Shown here in pieces: positions 21,448-22,657 of a DNA stretch of 22,657 nucleotides; the first letter of the stretch is position 1; the number at the start of each line of letters is the position of its first letter. The stretch comes from Trichodelitschia bisporula (lineage: Eukaryota). Position numbers and translations under genes: made by a program. The stretch lies in NCBI GenBank assembly GCA_010356995.1, contig ML996697.1, positions 977,793 through 1,000,449 on the forward strand. Direction: 5' to 3'. Under the pieces are notes generated by a model that saw nothing but the letters and a program-made list of their open reading frames with translations, did not search any database and was not told the DNA's origin.

Positions 21448-21849
21448 ACCAAGCAGAAAACCGTCACAACCTCAAGCACCGAAGCAGAACTTCTTGCTCT
21501 CACGCATGCATCGAAGGAAGTTCTCTGGTGGAAACGACTCTTTGCAAACATCGGTCTCAGTGTAGGCCATGACATCGAAATTGCAAACGACAACAGACAG
21601 ACACTTGGGCTCTTGACAAAGGAGGCACCTTTGCTCAACACCAAACTCAAGCATGTCAGCATCCACAACCACTGGTTGCGCCAGGAAGTTCAAGCCGGAA
21701 GGATCCGACTGAAATGGACACCCACCAAGGAGATGGAGGCAGACGGATTGACCAAAGCTCTTCCCCGTCAACGCCATGAGACATTTGTCCAGCGAATTGG
21801 CCTTGTTGACATTGAAGCTCAATACCTTCAGGCTGGGGGGGTGTGTTAG
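21448..21849 (+). mobile_element. Ty1/Copia pol C-terminus (RNase H), 5'-truncated
   Basis: The stop-free frame TKQKTVTTSSTEAELLALTHASKEVLWWKRLF..NDNRQTLGLLTKE..TKLKHVSIHNHWLRQEVQAGRIRLKWTPTKEMEADGLTKALPRQRH carries the Copia RNase H motifs (SSTEAE, DN, KH, ADGLTKAL). It reads through the G-rich PPT (ggctgggggggtg) and stops at TGT TAG inside the LTR. Confidence 0.95.
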
Positions 21850-22344
21850 ACGGATTCCCATTTGTTACAGCCTTCTGGTATTGTTGTTGGCGGAAGGTAT
21901 CCAAGAGACTTGTATGAGAAAGGATTGACTTGATTGATTTTCTATCTACGAGAGAGACTGTGATTGTATATCCAAGTGATTGTCCTTCGGAATCTTCCAG
22001 CCTGTCCCCTTTTGCCACTTACTACAAATCAAGAGCCACAGTCGGCTTCTGCTTGCCGACGCCACTGTTGATCGCGCAATGATGTGGCGAGGTTGTCGTA
22101 TGCCACCGCCATCAATTGTAAGTTCCTGTATCACTTCGCGCTCAGTATCTTTGTTGCCGGTATCTGTTAGCGCTCGGGATTGCTTACTTCAGTTGTCTTG
22201 TTTCATCGTATCTTTGGCTCGACGCCACTCCTGTTTCATATTCCTATATAGTACGAGTTGCCCACATAATACACTCGACAGTTCAGTCTACGTCAATGAA
22301 CAGAAACCTTTGTTTCATCTGTTCTCAGCTTCTCCAGTCCAACA
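21844..22344 (+). mobile_element. Putative 3' LTR of the Copia element (about 501 bp)
   Basis: Starts TGTTAGACGG immediately after the PPT. The candidate end CAGTCCAACA (22335-22344) matches the inverted start at 8/10. A TATA-like TATATA lies near 22245, and composition shifts to GC-rich after 22344. The right boundary is inferred. Confidence 0.65.
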
Positions 22345-22657
22345 ATTGGCGATCGTAATGTGCCACACGGGCAGCACACGTTCGTGGCGCCAGATATTAG
22401 GAACGCGAATTTCGTGCGGCGTGCGCGGGAGGAGCCGTTTCGGGGGGAGGGGCAGCGTGCTGGTCAGCAGGGAGGTGGTGTCGGTGATTAGGCTGGCTTC
22501 CGAGGGGGAGCCAGTGCTATGGACGAAGCCACGGTGGGTCAGGGTTAGGACGTGGGTGCGTGTGGGTTCTGCGGGCGCCTAGACGAGAAGTGGGAGTAGG
22601 GAGGTACGAGGGTCACGAACTGGCGGAGGTTTTGGCGGTGCGGCGGGGGGGTCGGGA

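Noticed and set aside
22345..22657. Possible minus-strand exon cut by the Copia LTR, or TGGCG as a primer-binding site
   Set aside because: An open stretch of about 78 codons has no recognisable homology. The LTR follows a PPT and so is a 3' LTR, and I cannot match a tRNA 3' end.

Overview
Eukaryotic genomic DNA from a filamentous ascomycete (Pezizomycotina-like), with GT-AG introns that are nearly all 41-49 nt. Left to right: (1) a partial coiled-coil gene built from 273-bp (91-aa, 13-heptad) repeats, running off the left edge; (2) a divergent DUF4470-type/MYND-finger gene with 3 exons; (3) kinetochore NNF1 with 3 exons; (4) a 9-exon fungal Na/K-ATPase-like (ACU-type) P-type ATPase; (5) a small Ser/Thr-rich GPI-anchored wall protein; (6) a PH-domain protein with PPxY motifs (YHR131C-like); (7) a 2-exon HET-domain protein. 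From about 20.1 kb there is a transposon nest: a 264-bp TG..CA element with 44-46-bp terminal inverted repeats, a truncated NG-repeat ORF, two inverted ~175-bp solo LTRs, and the 3' end of a Ty1/Copia element (RNase H, PPT, ~500-bp LTR). I cannot support a clearly new biological system from the sequence alone. The best leads are the long-TIR element, the chimeric-looking inverted LTR pair, the apparently inactivated DUF4470-MYND protein and the 13-heptad repeat protein. All family assignments come from motif recognition by eye; no database searches were run.
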